Positions 60,468-64,000 of a DNA stretch of 64,000 nucleotides are shown here, in pieces. The position numbers and the translations under genes were made by a program. Origin of the DNA: Tubiluchus corallicola. Lineage: Eukaryota > Animalia > Priapulida. Each line of letters begins with the position of its first letter. Position 1 is the first letter of the stretch. The DNA lies in contig JAQGDQ010000249.1 of the NCBI GenBank assembly GCA_030141605.1, positions 122,510 to 186,509 on the forward strand, given 5' to 3'. The notes beneath the pieces are model-generated. The model did no database searches, was not told the DNA's origin, and was given only the letters and a program-made list of their open reading frames with translations.

Positions 60468-60918
60468 GGAGAGAGGAGAGAAAAGAGCAGAGACAGAGAC
60501 AGAGAAGAGAGAGGCAGAGAGAGAGAGAGAGAAGAGAGGACAGAAAAGAGAAGAGAGGGGGGAGAAAAGAGCAGAGACAGAGAGAGAGGATAGAAAAGAG
60601 CAGAGACAGAGAGAGAGAGAAGAGAGAGGAGAGAAAGGAGAAAAGAGCAGAGGCAGAGAGAGAGAAGAGAGAGGAGAGAAAAGAGCAGAGACAGAGAGAG
60701 AGAAGAGAGAGGGAGAGAGAAGAGAGGAGAGAAAAGAGAAGAGAGGGGGAGAGAAGAGAGAGAGAAAGAGGGAGAGAGAGAGAAGAGAGAGGGAGAGAGG
60801 AGAGAAGAGAGGGGGAGAGAGGGAGAGAGGAGAGAAAAGAGCAGAGAGAGAGAAGTGAGAAGAGAGGAGAGAAAAGAGAAGAGAGGGGGGAGAGAAGAGA
60901 AGAGAGAGAGGGAGAAAG
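60413..60918 (+). repeat. Polypurine (GA)n / GA-rich low-complexity tract
   Basis: ~500 bp almost entirely G and A. Confidence 0.97.
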
Positions 60919-61480
60919 ACTATCACTATAAAATTTATAAAATAAAGTTTACGAAACTCACATGTATTCTTCTTGATTTATTAGTATCTTAGCTTTAGAA
61001 CTACTTCATATTATCTAAAGCGATAGTGCTCAAAACAACAACAATAATAATAATTATAATAATAATAAATATAGTAATAATAATAATATTAAAAAGAAGA
61101 AACACTGTAGAAACATTCTATTTATAAATTACTATGTCAATAACACAGATGACCATCTAACAGTCCTCACTTCACCCTCATTTTAACAGTTTAAAATGAA
61201 GCCAGAGAATTTTGATAAACCAATATAAATGATGGGGTAGTTCATTTTTGCTATTATGTGTTTGATTTTTCATGCCAGTCAACTTAATCACTACAAGTGC
61301 TGGGTTACCCTATAGGCCAGTATAGGCTGCATCCTAGGGCCCCTCAAGCTTGGGACGGAGCCCATCCTTTGCATTGCCGACTTTTGAGAAAGGAGGCCAG
61401 AAAGTCTGGAAATCGGATTTTAAAGTGACTCCTGATTTGTGTTAAACAATCCCTGTTTGACGTCTTTAATTTCAGACAAA

Positions 61481-61835
61481 GGGCCCTGCTTGAGGCCCTT
61501 CATCTGAGGTATTTGAGGCACCTCTTTGAAGCCCCTGATTTGAAATATGGGGCCCTTGCTTGAGGCCCTTCGTTTGAGATTTTTGAGGCACCTCTTTGAA
61601 GCCCCTGATTTGAAATATGGGGCCCTTGCTTGAGGCCCTTCGTTTGAGATTTTTGAGGCACCTCTTTGAAGCCCCTGATTTGAAATATGGGGCCCTTGCT
61701 TGAGGCCCTTCGTTTGAGATTTTTGAGGCACCTCTTTGAAGCCCCTGATTTGAAATATGGGGCCCTTGCTTGAGGCCCTTCATTTCAGATTTTTGAGGCA
61801 CCTCTTTGAAACCCCTGATTTGAAATATGGGGCCC
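61481..61835 (+). repeat. 70-bp tandem repeat, 5 copies, probably internal to a MITE (~61300-61977)
   Basis: Period 70 (61562, 61632...). Flank ctataggccagtataggctgcatcctagggccc resembles the left end of the 50223 element; right end aatccggccgtg. Confidence 0.9.
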
Positions 61836-61900
61836 CCGGCTATGAAAATGTTACTAAAATATATCACAAGTAAAAAATATTCGAGGCGAGTGCGAGCAGA

Positions 61901-62619
61901 TTAGAGGGTGGTTCCATCTGACGGGGCTCCAGAATTCATTATCCTAGGGGTCCCCAGAAGGTCACAATCCGGCCGTGCATACGCACTGGAATGTAAAAGA
62001 ACTTTAATCTCTCCATGTTTGTTTCCAATGTCTGCTAGCTCGGTTTGTAGAACATTGCACTGAAAACCTGCTACGTTTAGAGGGTGGTTCCGTCTGACGG
62101 GGCTCCAGAATTCATTATCCTGGGGGTCCCCAGAAGGTCACAATCCGGCCGTGCACACGAAGCGAAACGCACTGGAATGTAGAAGAACTTTAATCTCTCC
62201 ATGTTTGTTTCCAATGTCTGCTAGCTCGGTTTGTAGAACATTGCACTGAAAACCTGCTACGTTTAGAGGGTGGTTCCGTCTGACGGGGCTCCAGAATTCA
62301 TTATCCTGGGGGTCCCCAGAAGGTCACAATCCGGCCGTGCACACGAAGCGAAACGCACTGGAATGTAGAAGTAATCTCTCCATGTTTGTTTCCAATGTGT
62401 GCTAGCTCGGTTTGTAGAACATTGTACTGAAAACCTGCTACGTTTAGAGGGTGGTTCCGTCTGACGGGGCTCCAGAATTCATTATCTTGGGGGTCCCCAG
62501 AAGGTCACAATCCGGCCGTGCATACGCACTGGAATGTAGAAGAACTTTAATCTCTCCATGTTTGTGTTCAATGTCTGCTAGCTCGGTTTGTAGAACATTG
62601 TACTGAAAACCTGCTACGT
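61901..62619 (+). repeat. ~180-bp tandem repeat, 4 copies
   Basis: ttagagggtggttcc starts at 61901, 62077, 62263 and 62444. Confidence 0.95.
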
Positions 62620-62717
62620 TGCAGGTTTAAGCAAGTCCTGTATGTGACACCTAGACTGGTTAAGTATTAAGCAAGAGTGAATAGTAAGAGCGTATGTGTA
62701 CACCCCAGAAATGCGTA

Positions 62718-63388
62718 TGGGATGAACAGTAGTGGGATGAACAGTGGTGGGATGAACAGTAATGTGATGAACAATAGTGGGATGAACAGTGGTGGGATGA
62801 ACAGTGGTGGGTTGAACAGTGGTAGGTTGAACAGTGGTGGGATGAACAGTGGTGGGTTGAACAGTGGTAGGTTGAACAGTGGTGGGATGAACAGTAGTGG
62901 GATGAACAGCAGTGGGATACACAGTAGTGGGATGAACAGTAGTGGGATGAACAGTGGTGAGACAAACAGTAGTGAGACGAATGTAAGTGAGATGAACAGT
63001 AGTGGGATGAACAGTGGTGGATGAACAGTGGTGGGATGAACAGCGGTGGGACGAACAGTAGTGGGATGAACAGTGGTGGGATGAATGGTAGTGAGGTGAA
63101 CGGTAGTGCGATGAACGGTAGTGCGATGAACAGTAATGGGATGAACAGCAGTGGGATGAGCAGCGGTGGGATGAACAGTAGTGGGATGAACAGTGGTGGG
63201 ATGAACTGTGGTGAGATGAACAGTGGTGGGATGAATGGTAGTGGGATGAACAGTGGTGGGATGAACAGTGGTGGGATGAACAGTAGTGGGACGAAAAGTG
63301 GTGAGATGAACAGTAGTGGGATGAACAGTAGTGGGATGAACAGTAGTGAGATGAACAGTAGTGAGATGAACGGTAGTGGGATGAACAG
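62718..63388 (+). repeat. 15-bp minisatellite, ~45 copies
   Basis: Unit GGGATGAACAGT(A/G)GT. Confidence 0.97.
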
Positions 63389-63709
63389 GTGAATTTAGAG
63401 AGCGCGTTGTTTTCTACACAGATTGTTAACTTAGAAATTCTCGCATAAATTAACACCAACTAGGGGACCAGATGTCCTTCTTTTGGACAGTACTGATTTT
63501 GAGCACTCTTTCCTTCGTACCTAGTAACTTTAAGGAGGACAATAATTTATCCTTCTTTTTGGGGCCTATCAAAAAAAATTTATGTAAATGCTTTTACATT
63601 TTTGACAACTGAGAGGGACATTAGCTATTCTTTAACTTATTTAGATTGTAATTTCATGTAGTTGCTGCTGGCAACACTAGTGCAGTGTGACCAGTTTCAC
63701 GTGACTAAT

Positions 63710-64000
63710 CAGGGTTGCCATGGTCAGGGAAAATTCTGGAAAATCCTTAAAAATACAGGCCATCTTGGAAAGTCGTGGAAAAGTCGGGGGGAAAGATAAT
63801 TTGGTAAAAAGTTGGGGAAAATGATGAAAATGGGGGCGAAAATTCAGGGAAATTGAAAAGGGTTTCGATATTTTTCCAAACTTATTTTTCAGTGATTCGT
63901 GTTCAAATAAAATTTCGCTATGACAGGCTCCCAGTTTCGATTTCTGTTCCAAAAATAATGATTGGATTAAGAAAGTTTATTTAATGTGATTAGTGTAATT
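63710..64000 (-). mobile_element. Second, inverted copy of the 41010-41503 MITE (runs off the window)
   Basis: 63710-64000 is the reverse complement of ~41197-41503 (e.g. ctatgacaggctcccagtttc). Confidence 0.8.

Noticed and set aside
60366-60926. Leu/Ser-rich and Arg/Glu-rich ORFs
   Set aside because: Translations of the GA tract.
62614-63459. 281-aa His/Cys/Ser then Thr/Val/Pro-rich ORF resembling a metal-binding or mucin-like protein
   Set aside because: The 15-bp satellite is open in several frames on both strands, with a frame switch mid-array and no signal peptide or ATG start; coding is unsupported.

Overview
AT-rich invertebrate (probably protostome) genomic DNA. Positions 1-40822 hold a tandem array of at least 10 intronless, minus-strand genes for ~460-aa ionotropic receptor (IR)/iGluR-like channels that lack an amino-terminal domain. 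Nine are intact, one carries two frameshifts, and the array probably continues left of the window. Each ~3.6-5.2 kb unit has a TATA/Inr-like promoter and the same decayed CR1/L2-type LINE fragment. Six phase-compatible minus-strand coding exons between 55711 and 41586 encode the N-terminal and ankyrin region of a PLA2G6/iPLA2-beta orthologue. The last visible exon (...GGTALHWAKNRE) ends in a GT donor 0.76 kb from the array, and I found no later exon. The receptor cluster therefore appears to sit, on the same strand, inside one >41 kb intron of PLA2G6. The paralogues are mosaics with a near-invariant pore and variable ligand-pocket residues. The right-hand 23 kb also contains an intact DD41D (rosa/Visitor-type) Tc1/mariner element, hAT- and pogo-type MITEs, a tRNA-derived SINE, a 28S rRNA fragment and several satellites (41, 22, 70, ~180 and 15 bp). 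All comparisons were made by eye and from recalled family motifs; no database search was run.
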